The translations under genes were made by a program, and so were the position numbers. Below are positions 19,683 to 29,621 of a DNA stretch of 64,000 bases, piece by piece. A model generated the notes under the pieces. It had not been told where the DNA came from. It saw only the letters and a list, made by a program, of their open reading frames with translations, and searched no databases. The DNA is from an uncultured Methanolobus sp. (lineage in GTDB: Archaea > Halobacteriota > Methanosarcinia > Methanosarcinales > Methanosarcinaceae), in the NCBI GenBank assembly GCA_963675495.1, contig OY776215.1, forward strand, positions 256,001-320,000. Direction: 5' to 3'. Position 1 is the stretch's first letter. Every line of letters starts with the position of its first letter.

Positions 19683-21845
19683 TTACCCTGTAACACTCTT
19701 CCTTTTTATTGTAACTATACCCAGATAACCATCAACAGTAACTTCATCACCATTTTTGATTATTTCTGTTGCATCAGGTATCCCTGTGACACAGGGAATA
19801 CCATATTCTCTTGCAATGATAGCGCCATGTATCAGCATACCACCCCTGCGTTCCACAATACCGCTTACAAGAGGTACCACAAATGTCATATTAGGGTCAA
19901 TGGCATCGCACACAAGAATCTCACCGAATTTGATGTCGAAAAGCTCCTCGTTCTTCGTGATCACCCTTGCGATGCTGGTCACAAGTCCTTCACCGGCAGG
20001 TTGTCCTTGAATCTGTCTTTGGTGCTCTTTTTTTATGAAAGCCTCTTCTTTTTTTACCTCTTTTTTTTCAGGAACATATTCGTCAACATTAAGTGCTTTT
20101 AATAGTTCTTCCTCCTCAATATCATCATCAATAAAAAAATCTTCGAATCTGTTTGCTATCCTGTTTTTTGCCTCATTCAGTACTGAAATGAACTGCTCCT
20201 CTATTCTTCCAAGATAGATGTTATCATCATCTCGCAGACGATAACTTGTGCGTCCTATATCAAGAAGTTCTTCTGCAAATTCCCTGTCTGTTTCGGAAAA
20301 AGCAGAAATAAAACTTCTTTCCTGGCTAGTGTTATCTCTTTTAACAAGCTTTTCTTTTTCAGGGTTGGAAGCAAGCTCCACAATAAGCCCTAACAGCTCT
20401 TCCTGACTTTTAAAAATACCAGAATGTCCGAAATTCTCAAAGAAATCCTCTATTTCCTTCTTGAAAGCACCTTCAGCTATTATGTTTTTTGTAGTATCCA
20501 TGAGTGAAGCATCGTTTCTCAGCATGTCGGCCATCTTGTTGAGTTTTTCATTTCTTTTGATGCTTAGCAATCCGGAACCAGAGAGCAATTCCATAAATTC
20601 ATATGGATTGGAAGGTTTCATCGTGTCATTGTAGACCTGGCCAAACAGTCTCATTCCATGGGCAAAGGGGATGAATTCATCAATGTACCTTTTATCCCAG
20701 CTATCATACACTTGTTTTCTTCGAGTTATCTCCCTGGCAAGTTCTTTGTCACTCATGATTCCAATTTCAATTGATTTCAGGACTTTTGCATCCCTTATCA
20801 TTTCAGGAATCAGTTCATCCTCTACTCTTTTGCGAAGCTTCTGCAAATTATTTATCGTCCTTCTAAGAGACAGATACCAGAGTTTTTCCCCGTCATCTGT
20901 GGTTGTTATTGGTCTTGACTGGAGGATGTATATCTCTCCATCTCTTTTAGTCCATTCAATATCCTGTGGATTACCGAAACTTCCTTCCAGGACCAAAGCT
21001 ATATCGTGTAGTTTGTGAACATCACTTTCCTCCAGAGGAGAAGCTTTTGATATTTCAGCAGATGTCTTTTCAAGAACAGTGCCAGTATCCCTCAGAAATA
21101 TCATTTTATCGCGTTCTGATGGACTTATGTGCTGGCTGATGGCAGCGTTCTTTCTGTTAAGTATCCATCTGTCTGGTTCCACATCACCGTCAACAAGTCC
21201 TTTATTCAAACCATGAACGGCTTCAATTATCATCTGTTCGTTATTTTCAGGACTGCTGCTGAAAACAATTCCTGAAACCTCCCCTGCTATAAGTTCCTGA
21301 ACCATAACTGCCATTGTACTGTGTTTTATGTCAAGTCCCAGTTCCTTCCTATAAAGAAAAGCCGCATCTGACCATAGGGAAGCCCACACAAGCCTGACAT
21401 GCTCTAATATAGATTCCAGACCTTTTATATTCACATATGATTCGTGCAAGCCTGCAAAAGACGTATTACTGGAATCTTCGCCTGGTGCCGATGATCTGAC
21501 AACGACCGGAACGTCAGTGAAATGTTCATCAATATTATCCCGTATCCCCCTAGCAAGATTTTCCGGGATTGGTGTGTTAAGGAACATATTTCGGATTCTC
21601 AGGGATGTATCCCACATTTCTTCCCAGCGCATATCTCCAATATCCTTTCTGGAAAGCTCCAGCATTATCCTACCTTTAAGGGCGCTTGAATTCAGGTATT
21701 CCTCATAGGCTTTTGTGGTGATGCAGATGAACGGAGGAACCATTAAACCTTTATCAACGATGGCGTGGAGCGAGAATGCCTTTGAACCTATAAGGTTCAT
21801 GTTTTCTTTTTTTATGCTATCCATGGAAATGACAAGTTCATTCAT
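19683..21845 (-). CDS. PEP/pyruvate-binding ATP-grasp plus C-terminal phospho-His swivel protein (rifampin-phosphotransferase-like architecture)
   Basis: GSKA, VRSSAPGED, SFAGLHES, QDIEW, LQSRPIT; C-terminal GGMLIHGAIIAREYGIP; no PEP-synthase TIM barrel. Confidence 0.85.
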   Translation of the reverse strand: MNELVISMDSIKKENMNLIGSKAFSLHAIVDKGLMVPPFICITTKAYEEYLNSSALKGRIMLELSRKDIGDMRWEEMWDTSLRIRNMFLNTPIPENLARGIRDNIDEHFTDVPVVVRSSAPGEDSSNTSFAGLHESYVNIKGLESILEHVRLVWASLWSDAAFLYRKELGLDIKHSTMAVMVQELIAGEVSGIVFSSSPENNEQMIIEAVHGLNKGLVDGDVEPDRWILNRKNAAISQHISPSERDKMIFLRDTGTVLEKTSAEISKASPLEESDVHKLHDIALVLEGSFGNPQDIEWTKRDGEIYILQSRPITTTDDGEKLWYLSLRRTINNLQKLRKRVEDELIPEMIRDAKVLKSIEIGIMSDKELAREITRRKQVYDSWDKRYIDEFIPFAHGMRLFGQVYNDTMKPSNPYEFMELLSGSGLLSIKRNEKLNKMADMLRNDASLMDTTKNIIAEGAFKKEIEDFFENFGHSGIFKSQEELLGLIVELASNPEKEKLVKRDNTSQERSFISAFSETDREFAEELLDIGRTSYRLRDDDNIYLGRIEEQFISVLNEAKNRIANRFEDFFIDDDIEEEELLKALNVDEYVPEKKEVKKEEAFIKKEHQRQIQGQPAGEGLVTSIARVITKNEELFDIKFGEILVCDAIDPNMTFVVPLVSGIVERRGGMLIHGAIIAREYGIPCVTGIPDATEIIKNGDEVTVDGYLGIVTIKRKSVTG

Positions 21846-22294
21846 GTCATATCTATCTCCACGACATTCTGGAATCTGCTTGCAACGATGTATCTGTTCA
21901 CTTCTAATCTCATGAGGGCAGAAGAAGGCGATTGCAGGAAATCCTTGAGATATGGATGTTTTTCGAGATATAGGTCATTTAGGATGTTTGTCTTTTCAAC
22001 TTCCATTACTGTGCCGGTTGCATTTACAGCTATGGCATCCTTGAAGTCACTTTCCTTGTTGGACCTGTTGTCTATCATTACAGACGCTTTTTTAGAAGTA
22101 CTGAGATAGGAGTATTTCCTTGTGGCCACAGGAGTTACAAAATATATATGTTTAAGGTCATCAGTGGCTACAAAGGCTATCAAGTTGGTATATGGCTCAT
22201 CTTCATGGAAGCTTGCAAGGACTGCAAGTTTTTGCTCTTTCATGAGAGAATTTATTTTTTTTTTCAAACCGCTTTCAGACATTTCAGTAACCAT
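21842..22294 (-). CDS. Pyridoxamine 5'-phosphate oxidase-like split-barrel flavin-binding protein
   Basis: LAVLAS..EPYTNLIAF, FVTPVATRKY; 4-nt overlap with the downstream gene. Confidence 0.8.
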   Translation of the reverse strand: MVTEMSESGLKKKINSLMKEQKLAVLASFHEDEPYTNLIAFVATDDLKHIYFVTPVATRKYSYLSTSKKASVMIDNRSNKESDFKDAIAVNATGTVMEVEKTNILNDLYLEKHPYLKDFLQSPSSALMRLEVNRYIVASRFQNVVEIDMT

Positions 22295-22407
22295 CCACTA
22301 CAATCCACATTTTTAGATTGGTTCCTGTGTATTTATGTTTTGTCGGACATACTTCATAAATTACTTATATTAAAACAACATATTTTACATATGTTGAAGA
22401 GGGTATA

Positions 22408-23103
22408 ATGAAATTAAAAATTGCTATTTTGATATCCATTTCAGTCCTGCTTACTGCTATAGTTCCCGCAAATGCAGATATTATGCCATCAGGTATGAAG
22501 GGTATTAATAGATGCGTAAAGATAACAAATTTAGATGATTTCCCAGATACTGTATTTATAGGATACATAAGAGGACCATTAATCCAATGTGAAAACCCAT
22601 ATATCGTTACTTCTGATAAATGCTTAACACAATATTATAAAGCAAATAACCTGACAATATATGCGATGGAAAAGGATTATCTTGATTCTAAAGAACTCAA
22701 AAACATAGATTTTGAATCCGATACTAATATTCTGGGTTATCAGCTTGATTTGAATCCTGATTGGGACATTATAGATATAGAAAACCCGTTAAATGAGGAA
22801 GAGATATACTATTCAATTGCAGGTTTCACAGATGATGAATTGGTGCTTTATGAATCAAAAAAAGTATCAAAATATGTAGGAAATGTACCCGATAAAATAA
22901 AAACATTCGAAGATCCTGAAATAGCTGGCCTAAGATCAAGGAGATATAATGATTCAGCATATACAAAAGAAAACCTTTCAAATGATCATGTCCAGAAAGA
23001 GACTATAAATGAATCAATTTCTGATGATCAAATGTTATCTGAAAGATCTGTTCTGGATACAATAATCTCTTTCTTCAAAAATCTATTTGGGGTTCTAGAT
23101 TGA
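22408..23103 (+). CDS. Exported hypothetical protein
   Basis: Signal peptide (…VPANA-D), amphipathic C-terminal helix IISFFKNLF. Confidence 0.7.
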   Translation: MKLKIAILISISVLLTAIVPANADIMPSGMKGINRCVKITNLDDFPDTVFIGYIRGPLIQCENPYIVTSDKCLTQYYKANNLTIYAMEKDYLDSKELKNIDFESDTNILGYQLDLNPDWDIIDIENPLNEEEIYYSIAGFTDDELVLYESKKVSKYVGNVPDKIKTFEDPEIAGLRSRRYNDSAYTKENLSNDHVQKETINESISDDQMLSERSVLDTIISFFKNLFGVLD

Positions 23104-23465
23104 TGACATATGAGTACTGGTTTTTATTGTCTTTGATATTAACAATAATTATAGAAACTATAACTCTATTTGTTATTTTCAGATTTTTTTTGAAAACAAA
23201 TAAAAATGAAGTTAGTAATAGTCTATTACTATTTGCAGGAATTTTTTCTTCATTTTCAACACTCCCTTACCTCTGGTTTATATTGCCACAGATAATAAGA
23301 TCATATAATCTTCTTACAGTAAGTGGGGAGATTTCAGTAGTCTTGATAGAAGCAATTGTCTATTTCTTTGTATTGAAAACTAATATGAAAAAATCGCTGA
23401 TTATTTCTTTGATCTGTAACCTAATTTCTTTCTTAGCGGGATTGTTAATTAGTCCTACCTTTTGA
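23100..23465 (+). CDS. Four-TM hypothetical membrane protein
   Basis: Hydrophobic; TIIIE, TLPYLW and GEISVVLIE motifs; overlaps the upstream stop. Confidence 0.7.
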   Translation: MMTYEYWFLLSLILTIIIETITLFVIFRFFLKTNKNEVSNSLLLFAGIFSSFSTLPYLWFILPQIIRSYNLLTVSGEISVVLIEAIVYFFVLKTNMKKSLIISLICNLISFLAGLLISPTF

Positions 23466-23599
23466 TTGATCTGAATTTTTTGGCAAATCAATGGCATCTG
23501 TAGCACTGCCAAAAACAACTATTTTACATTTAGAAAAAGTATTTGGAAGGTCAAAATATGCGAAGAAATCATATAAAACAGCAACAATTTCTTAGAATC

Positions 23600-24118
23600 A
23601 TGGAATATCAGAATGAAGAATTTGAAGCTGAAAGCTTTGAGAACATAGATCTCACAGGTATATCTTTCAAAAATTCCAGGTTTATTGAATGCAGCTTTGA
23701 AAACTGCAACTTATCGAATGTTGATCTAAATAACACAAGATTTCAGGATGTCAGGTTCAAGAACTGCAAGATAATGGGATTGAATTTTTCAAACTGTAAT
23801 GACTTCATACTTACCATTGGATTTGAAAAGTCATTTCTGTCTTTATCAGTATTTTCTGATATGAATCTAGAAAACACGGATTTTATCAACTGTCAGATAT
23901 ATGACTGTGATTTTGTAAATACAAACCTGAAAAATGCGGATTTTCAGGAATCTGATCTTAAGAACAGCCTTTTTAAAAATACAAACCTGAGTTTCACATC
24001 ATTCAAGAATGCAAAAAACTATGACATCGATCCTAATAACAATTTCCTGAAAAAGACAAAATTCTCAATTCCTGAAGTGATCTCGCTTTTGAATGTTTAT
24101 GACATTGAAATTGAGTGA
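23600..24118 (+). CDS. Pentapeptide repeat protein
   Basis: Periodic F/L-x-x-x-x repeats (FIECSFENCNLSNVDLNNTRF); YDIDPNNN..KKTKFS tail. Confidence 0.9.
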   Translation: MEYQNEEFEAESFENIDLTGISFKNSRFIECSFENCNLSNVDLNNTRFQDVRFKNCKIMGLNFSNCNDFILTIGFEKSFLSLSVFSDMNLENTDFINCQIYDCDFVNTNLKNADFQESDLKNSLFKNTNLSFTSFKNAKNYDIDPNNNFLKKTKFSIPEVISLLNVYDIEIE

Positions 24119-24180
24119 ACAGATATTAAGGCAAAATCAAACAGAAAGATTATTATGTTAATTTCAGCATATCTTTTATT

Positions 24181-25029
24181 GTGGATAACTTAAATTTAGA
24201 GATAATTGAGCCAAGAATGCTGGTATTGACAGGTGAAAAGTCCTTTGAAGAGATGAAAGAGCTTGCTTGGAATAAGAAGATTGCAGCATTTGGTGGAATA
24301 AAGAACTTATTATCCAGACCAAAAGCCGAGGATATTAATATAATCCACGCGGAAAAACAGTACAAACCTTTCTGGCATGCTGTATGCTCAAGCAACTTTG
24401 AGTATAAACGAAACACTGAGTTTTCTATAAAAATTAGTGATCCTGTTGTGCAAAAAGTAATTATCTGCAATGAGGAAAAAGATGTAGATAAAGAGCGGAA
24501 TGTAAAACTTCACGGTATCGAACACTGCCTGGAATCAAACACTAAAGAAATATTCGTGGATGCTTATACAGAAAATGAAGAAGATCTCTCCAGATATCTT
24601 TCCATGGAAACACGTGAAATATCTCAAACCGAAGAACTGAATACCGGTGATAATATTGTAATTCCGGTAAAAGTGAAAGCTTCCTACCTTGTCAGGAAAC
24701 TGTTAAGCGATATGATGAAGCCAATTGATGCGGATGAAATTCTGGATGAGACTATGAAAATCGAAAGCCTGGATCTGTATTTCAGACCGATTTATGCTTT
24801 TGAATTTTCATGGCTACCAAAAAATAAGCAAAACGTCCTGGAATTTGATGGTATTACCGGCGAGTTCTATTCCGGCAAGGTCCTCAGGGAAAAGATGGCA
24901 GAGATATTCACCGAAGAAACATTATTTGAGATAGGTGGGGAAGTTGCAGGAGTTGTTATTCCAGGTGCTAATATACCCGTCAAGATATTACAGGAATCTA
25001 GAAGGCGAAAGGGTAATAGTAATTCATAA
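24181..25029 (+). CDS. Hypothetical protein with an internal duplication
   Basis: Long clean ORF; repeated motif pair YKPFW...VDAYT and YFRPIY...FDGIT. Confidence 0.7.
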   Translation: MDNLNLEIIEPRMLVLTGEKSFEEMKELAWNKKIAAFGGIKNLLSRPKAEDINIIHAEKQYKPFWHAVCSSNFEYKRNTEFSIKISDPVVQKVIICNEEKDVDKERNVKLHGIEHCLESNTKEIFVDAYTENEEDLSRYLSMETREISQTEELNTGDNIVIPVKVKASYLVRKLLSDMMKPIDADEILDETMKIESLDLYFRPIYAFEFSWLPKNKQNVLEFDGITGEFYSGKVLREKMAEIFTEETLFEIGGEVAGVVIPGANIPVKILQESRRRKGNSNS

Positions 25030-25175
25030 TCGATTTCTTATCTGAAATGACTTGTTTTCAAGGACTATTTTTAATGAACTACCCGAATAGCATTTGCTAA
25101 GAATAACTCTGGTTTTGCCTATAACAGGCACATCATAGAAATAAGATAATATTCTATATTTAATGGGGGGTTTAA

Positions 25176-25988
25176 ATGAAATATTCACTTATTTGCCTGT
25201 TACTGATCATTTTTGTCGGTTTATCCGGCTGCATCAATGATACGAACGAAATTGATGATAATGAAATGGGAAGCAATGAAGATATACTAATATCAACCGA
25301 GGCAACCGAATTAGAGGTAAAAGGAGTAGAAGTAGAAATTATTAGTAGTAATTTCACATATCCTGCTTACATAGCTGCCCCTGCAAGTGAAGACAAAAAG
25401 CCAGCAATCGTCCTGATACATTCATTCAGGGGTATGGAACCCGGATATATAGAACTTATTGACAGGCTGGCTTCTGAAGGATATGTGGTAGTGGCACCTG
25501 AATGGCAGACTTTTGAAACATCCCCACATGATGCAGTTGTAGAGCAATTAATAAGAGATTCCATTGATTATTTAGGTGAAAGACCCGATGTTGACACAAA
25601 CCTTCTTGGTCTGACAGGTTTTTGCGCAGGCGGACGCTACACTATGCTCTTACTTCCTGATATCAAAGACTTCAAGTCTGGAGTGGCATGGTACGGTTTT
25701 CCATATTCAGGAGATTCTGAAACCCGACCTGATAGACCTGTTGACGTTATAGAACAACTGGAAGTTCCCATGTTAATAATACACGGGACAAATGACCAGG
25801 CTATCAATGTATCTGACATCTACAAATATAGTACAGAATTGGATAATGCCGGAAAATACTTTGAATTAAAAGTATATCAGGGGCAGCCACATGGATTTAT
25901 GCTGGAAGAGGGTCAGTTGTCACAAAGTTTCGAAGCCGAGGATGCATACTGGCAGATGCTTACGTTCTTTGATAGAACACTAAAATAA
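25176..25988 (+). CDS. Dienelactone hydrolase family lipoprotein
   Basis: Lipobox LSGC; GFCAGG nucleophile, HGTND, HGF. Confidence 0.88.
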   Translation: MKYSLICLLLIIFVGLSGCINDTNEIDDNEMGSNEDILISTEATELEVKGVEVEIISSNFTYPAYIAAPASEDKKPAIVLIHSFRGMEPGYIELIDRLASEGYVVVAPEWQTFETSPHDAVVEQLIRDSIDYLGERPDVDTNLLGLTGFCAGGRYTMLLLPDIKDFKSGVAWYGFPYSGDSETRPDRPVDVIEQLEVPMLIIHGTNDQAINVSDIYKYSTELDNAGKYFELKVYQGQPHGFMLEEGQLSQSFEAEDAYWQMLTFFDRTLK

Positions 25989-25998
25989 GGAGTACAAT

Positions 25999-28740
25999 AT
26001 GAGAGATATAAGAACAATTTTCTTTTTTTTAATTCTTGCATTTTTTTTAGGTATCAGTCCCCTTGTGGGATTTTATACTGATTATCTATGGTTTGATATG
26101 GTTGGATATACATCCGTATTCACAACAATATTACAATGGAAACTGATTACGATCATACCTGGATTCATACTTGCTTTTGCCTTTCTTTTTGTGAATGCGA
26201 AATTTGCAGGGAATTCAATAAGTAGGATTCTTGCCGAGAGAAACATAGTCTATGACAAGATAGATTCTCAGGTTATTTTAATAGTAATCACAGTATTTTC
26301 ATTTTTTTTCGGGCTTGCATTCAGCAGCAACTGGAAAGCAATCCTTTTCTATCTGAATAGCACATCGTTTGGAATTACCGATCCTATTCTTATGAACGAC
26401 GTAGGATTCTATGTATTCCAGCTCCCGTTCATTCATATGATAAGGGGAATATTCCTGACACTGACCGTTATTTCGCTCATAATGGTCCTGATTCTCTATA
26501 TAATCAGACTTGAATCTGTATTCAAGTCCGATACAATTGAAACAGATGATTCTGAATCCTCTTATTTCCTATATCCAACGAATAGTGTAAAAGATATGCT
26601 GGATGAACTGCCTGTTAAGGTCCTTATTCATATATCCGCACTTCTTGCATTCTTCTTTGTATTAATTGCATTTGGATTTTACCTTAACAGATATGAGATA
26701 TTATTCTCACAGCAAGGAGTAGTATCAGGTGCAGGTTATACTGATGTTCACATAAGGCTTCCAATATTCAATATACTGACAATATTATCATTCCTGACTG
26801 CCATCGCTTTACTGGCAAATGTAAAACTGAAGAATATAAAGATACCAATTGTCAGCTTGGTTCTGTTAATATTGTTTATCATGGGCAGTTCTTTTGTACC
26901 TGATGTTTATCAGCAGTTCAAAGTGGAACCCACTGAGATCCAGCTGGAAAAACCGTATCTGGAATATAATATAGATTATACGAGAATGGCCTTTTACCTA
27001 TCGGATATTGAAGAAAGACCTTTTGAGGCTAATACCGATCTGACCCTGTCGGAACTGGAAAATAATACCCATATAACTGAAAATATAAGAATATGGGATC
27101 GGCGGGCTCTTGAACAAACCTACAAGCAACTGCAGCAAATAAGAACATATTATACGTTCAATGATGTTGACACCGACCGGTACCACATGGACGATGGATA
27201 TAAACAGTATATGATATCAGCCAGGGAACTGGATACCATGCAACTGGCACCTGAAGCTAAGACATGGGTAAATGAACGTCTGGTCTATACTCATGGTTTT
27301 GGAATCGTGATGAATCCGGTAAGTACCAAGACAAGTGATGGCAGACCTGAATTTGTTTTGCAGGATATTCCACCTACTGGTGAATTCAATGTTGAAAATC
27401 CACGGATCTACTATGGAGAGGTCACAACAGATTATAAGATAGCAGATACAGGAAAAGAAGAATTTGACTACCCAAAGGGAGGACAGAATGTATTCACACA
27501 ATATGAAGGTAAAAGTGGGATAGTGCTTGATTCATTCGTTAAACGGCTGATATTTGCATTCACTTTTGGTGAATCAAAATTCATCCTGAGTGAATATGTA
27601 GATGATAATTCACGTTTGATGTATCATCAACAGATAGAAGAAAGAGCAAAAATGATAGCTCCGTTCCTCGAATATGACAGTGATCCGTATCCTGTTATCT
27701 CTGATGGAAAGATATACTGGATAATAGATGCCTATACCACGGCTGACAGATATCCGTATTCTGAAAGTTACTACGGGACAAAATTCTATGATATCAACTA
27801 TATCCGAAATTCTGTGAAGGTGGTTGTGGATGCCTATGATGGAACCGTTGATTTCTATGTCATGGAAGATGAACCCGTGATAAATACCTATTCAAAGATA
27901 TTCCCTGATCTGTTCAAACCTTTCAGCGAGATGCCTGACGGTCTGCACGAACATATCCGTTATCCAAAGGATTTCTTTAAGGTTCAGATGGATCTGTACG
28001 AGAATTACCATATGAAAGATGCCGAAACTTTTTATAATAAAGAAGATGCGTGGGAAATTCCAAATGAGGTCTACCGGGGAAGCAGTATTGAAATGGAACC
28101 CTATTACATGATCACGAAACTCCCCAACGGAGAGGGACTGGAATATGTATTATTGCAACCCTTTACACCTCGAAACAGGGAGAATATGATCGCCTGGATC
28201 GCAGCCAGATGCGATGAGCCGCATTACGGAGAGATCAAACATTATGAGCTGCCAAAGGGAGAACTTATCTACGGACCTACCCAGATAGAATCCAGGATCG
28301 ACCAGGATCCGGATATTTCTGAGCAACTGACACTTTGGGGTCAGACAGGCTCCCGGGTGATAAGAGGTAATTTGCTGGTGGTACCAATCGGTAATTCTAT
28401 ATTGTACACCGAGCCCATATTCATAAGTGCTGAAGAGTCTGAGATTCCGGAATTACGGAGAGTTGTGGTCTCATCAGGACAGAAAGTTGTCATGGGTGAA
28501 GATCTGCATGAATCACTACAACTGCTTGTCGAAGGCAGAATTGACGTACAGGATGAGACTGACCAGCCTGATATACCTGCAACAGCAAGAGAACTTGCAC
28601 AAGAAGCATTGAATCATTACGACAAAGCACAGGAGTATCTTGCAGAAGGTAACTGGGCAGGGTATGGAGAAGAGATCGATCAGCTGGAAGAGATACTTGA
28701 GCAACTTTCCATAACTCTGGATGAGGTTAATTCGCAATGA
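25999..28740 (+). CDS. UPF0182 family membrane protein
   Basis: YTDYLWF, GAGYTDV, QLQQIRTYY, DRY, YTHGFG, NYIRNSVK, GNLLVVP. Confidence 0.92.
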   Translation: MRDIRTIFFFLILAFFLGISPLVGFYTDYLWFDMVGYTSVFTTILQWKLITIIPGFILAFAFLFVNAKFAGNSISRILAERNIVYDKIDSQVILIVITVFSFFFGLAFSSNWKAILFYLNSTSFGITDPILMNDVGFYVFQLPFIHMIRGIFLTLTVISLIMVLILYIIRLESVFKSDTIETDDSESSYFLYPTNSVKDMLDELPVKVLIHISALLAFFFVLIAFGFYLNRYEILFSQQGVVSGAGYTDVHIRLPIFNILTILSFLTAIALLANVKLKNIKIPIVSLVLLILFIMGSSFVPDVYQQFKVEPTEIQLEKPYLEYNIDYTRMAFYLSDIEERPFEANTDLTLSELENNTHITENIRIWDRRALEQTYKQLQQIRTYYTFNDVDTDRYHMDDGYKQYMISARELDTMQLAPEAKTWVNERLVYTHGFGIVMNPVSTKTSDGRPEFVLQDIPPTGEFNVENPRIYYGEVTTDYKIADTGKEEFDYPKGGQNVFTQYEGKSGIVLDSFVKRLIFAFTFGESKFILSEYVDDNSRLMYHQQIEERAKMIAPFLEYDSDPYPVISDGKIYWIIDAYTTADRYPYSESYYGTKFYDINYIRNSVKVVVDAYDGTVDFYVMEDEPVINTYSKIFPDLFKPFSEMPDGLHEHIRYPKDFFKVQMDLYENYHMKDAETFYNKEDAWEIPNEVYRGSSIEMEPYYMITKLPNGEGLEYVLLQPFTPRNRENMIAWIAARCDEPHYGEIKHYELPKGELIYGPTQIESRIDQDPDISEQLTLWGQTGSRVIRGNLLVVPIGNSILYTEPIFISAEESEIPELRRVVVSSGQKVVMGEDLHESLQLLVEGRIDVQDETDQPDIPATARELAQEALNHYDKAQEYLAEGNWAGYGEEIDQLEEILEQLSITLDEVNSQ

Positions 28741-28790
28741 ATTAACTTACTTAGAAGTGATAGAAAAGACCAGCTAAGAATTCCTGGTTC

Positions 28791-28823
28791 TTGTGGGGAG
28801 ATTATTTTATTATCTCCTCACAA
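28791..28823. terminator. Stem-loop after the UPF0182 gene
   Basis: TTGTGGGGAGAT / ATCTCCTCACAA, 12-bp stem with one G-U pair. Confidence 0.45.
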
Positions 28824-28939
28824 AAATCATCCCTCTATATATTGCGCTTGTGTTTTCGTGGATCATAAAAAATGAAATCGTTCCAGTAACTGACTTAACA
28901 CATCATTCTTGATATAATATGAGGTGTAAAGTGACTAAG

Positions 28940-29545
28940 ATGAATGATATTAAAATTCTTGGAGTTGGAGGAAGTCCACGAAAAGGTGGGAATACTGATA
29001 TTTTGCTCGACAAGTTTTTAGAAGGGGCTAAATCAGCAGGAGCTGAAACAAAAAAAGTCATGTTAAGACAATATTGTATTGAGTCCTGTATTGGATGTGA
29101 AGCCTGCAGAAAAACCGGAACATGCACCCATTTCCATGATGGTATGGAACTTCTTTATCCCGAAATTGAAGCTTCAAAAGGTCTTATTATCGGATCTCCT
29201 ACCTACAATTATAATGTTACTGCACCGATGAAAGCTTTCATTGACAGACTCTACCCTTACTATAATTTTACAAATGATCATCCCAGACAGTATTCAAGCA
29301 AACTTGCCGAACAAGGACGAAAAGCAGTCGTTTTCTCAGTTTGTGAACAAATGGAAATAAAAGAAATGGGATTTGCGCTCGAAGCCCTGGAAATGCCCCT
29401 TGATGCCTTGGGTTATGAAGTGGTGGAAAAGTTCCCTGTATTTGGCCATTTCAATAGAGGAGTAGTTTCTAAAGATACAGAAGTCCTAAGAAAAGCATTT
29501 GAAGCGGGTAAAAAAATGGCATTATCCCTGTATTTAGCTGATTAA
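28940..29545 (+). CDS. Iron-sulfur flavoprotein / flavodoxin family
   Basis: GSPRKGGNT, CIGCEAC-x5-C, GSPTY, KAFIDR. Confidence 0.9.
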   Translation: MNDIKILGVGGSPRKGGNTDILLDKFLEGAKSAGAETKKVMLRQYCIESCIGCEACRKTGTCTHFHDGMELLYPEIEASKGLIIGSPTYNYNVTAPMKAFIDRLYPYYNFTNDHPRQYSSKLAEQGRKAVVFSVCEQMEIKEMGFALEALEMPLDALGYEVVEKFPVFGHFNRGVVSKDTEVLRKAFEAGKKMALSLYLAD

Positions 29546-29621
29546 ATGAAAAAACAGAATTAAAGCAACGATGACTTTTATGCTGCTGATTGCCATTTAA
29601 AATAAAATAGGAATGGGAGGA

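Noticed and set aside
19683-21845. Annotation as PEP synthase (ppsA)
   Set aside because: Lacks the C-terminal PEP-binding TIM barrel, and the His domain is terminal
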